A stretch of 64,000 bases of DNA from Geosiphon pyriformis uo1 (lineage: Eukaryota > Fungi > Glomeromycota): contig JAAOMT010000599.1 of assembly GCA_016748015.1 (NCBI GenBank), positions 458,589 through 522,588 on the forward strand. The letters run 5' to 3'. The notes under the pieces are model-generated. The model was not told the origin of the DNA, did not search any database, and worked only from the letters and a program-made list of their open reading frames with translations. Made by a program: the position numbers and the translations under genes. Shown here piece by piece: positions 63,205 to 64,000 of the stretch (the stretch's first letter is position 1; each line of letters starts with the position of its first letter).

Positions 63205-64000
63205 ATGAATTTGGAAAACTACAACAATTTCAAACAATATTTGGAAACATTAACAATCCCAACAAATTGGTCTCGAGATAAAAAACATCAACTACAACAA
63301 CAAGCCAAACAATATTTTCTACACAACAACATTATTTATCATCGAAATTTCAAAAACCCAAACAAACCACTCAGATTAATACAAGAACAGAAAAAAAAAA
63401 CTATATTATACAATATGTACTCAGATCTTTCATCAGCACACTTCGGAAAAGATAGCATCATCCAAAGAACACTAGAATACTACTTTTGGCCCGAAGCCAG
63501 AGCCATTCAATGAGCAAATACAAAATCAGTAGCAAATTTTATCTACAAAGACATCATTTGTAGACACAAATATCTAATTGAACTTTTATCCAATCAGGGG
63601 ACACACTTTGTGAACAACCTGATACAAAAAATTTGCAAATGATTCAATGTCAAAAGACCTCTGTCTTTGCTCTATCATCCACAAACAAACAGACTTGTGG
63701 AACATTTTAACAGAACATTGTGTGAGTCATTAGCCAAAGTCTCAACCGATTTTGAGCAAAAATGGGATATCTTTATTCCATTAGTGTTGCTAGCATACAA
63801 AACATTAAAACAAGATATCACAAAACACACACTATTTGATTTAACTTACAGAAGGACAGCAACATTACCAATTAATTTCACAGTGGAAACATACCCAGCA
63901 CAACCAATTGATGAAAACAATTTCCAAGAAACACTTCAGCGAAGAGCCTACACTCTGCTTAGCACATTGGAAGGAAAACGACAAATAGCAGCCACCCATA
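63205..64000 (+). pseudogene. int: Element H integrase (after the RNase H stop; internal deletion near 63490)
   Basis: Start MNLENYNNF; S(N)QGTHFVN and QTNRLVEHFNRTL motifs. Confidence 0.9.

Larger units (their letters stand above)
56509..64000 (+). mobile_element. Ty3/Gypsy-type element H with dUTPase (runs off the window)
   Basis: LTR 56509-57489, PBS 57492-57507, gag, CHYCGISSHWKRDC, LILDSGS, Cys-rich domain, dUTPase, RT, RNase H, integrase. Confidence 0.93.

Overview
Eukaryotic, apparently gene-free nest of retrotransposons. It is probably fungal: the Gag and LINE proteins resemble Glomeromycota repeats such as those of Geosiphon, which is recalled from memory and not verified. The window holds about nine Ty3/Gypsy-type LTR elements or fragments from several families, labelled A 213-8831 (+), B 8832-14224 (-), K1 16853-~30260 (-), D 22212-29890 (-), K2 ~30260-31621 (+), E/F chimera 31622-36688 (+), G 46154-54370 (-) and H 56509->64000 (+), plus solo or partial LTRs. 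These are inserted into each other and into three LINE-like elements (J1, J2, J3; ORF1 plus APE-RT-RNase H). All copies are pseudogenised by pervasive C>T / G>A transitions that are not limited to CpG. The most notable signal is a shared, unusual tri-cistronic architecture: (1) a Gag-PR-[Cys-rich domain]-dUTPase-[dUTPase-like]-RT-RNase H ORF ending in a stop; (2) a separately encoded integrase with its own conserved Met after a G-poor A/C-rich spacer; (3) a conserved non-env 3' ORF ending in DFxGAQ at the PPT. The elements also show 4-bp TSDs, family-specific U3 tandem arrays and structured U5/PBS hairpins. No host genes, tRNA/rRNA genes or CRISPR arrays were found.
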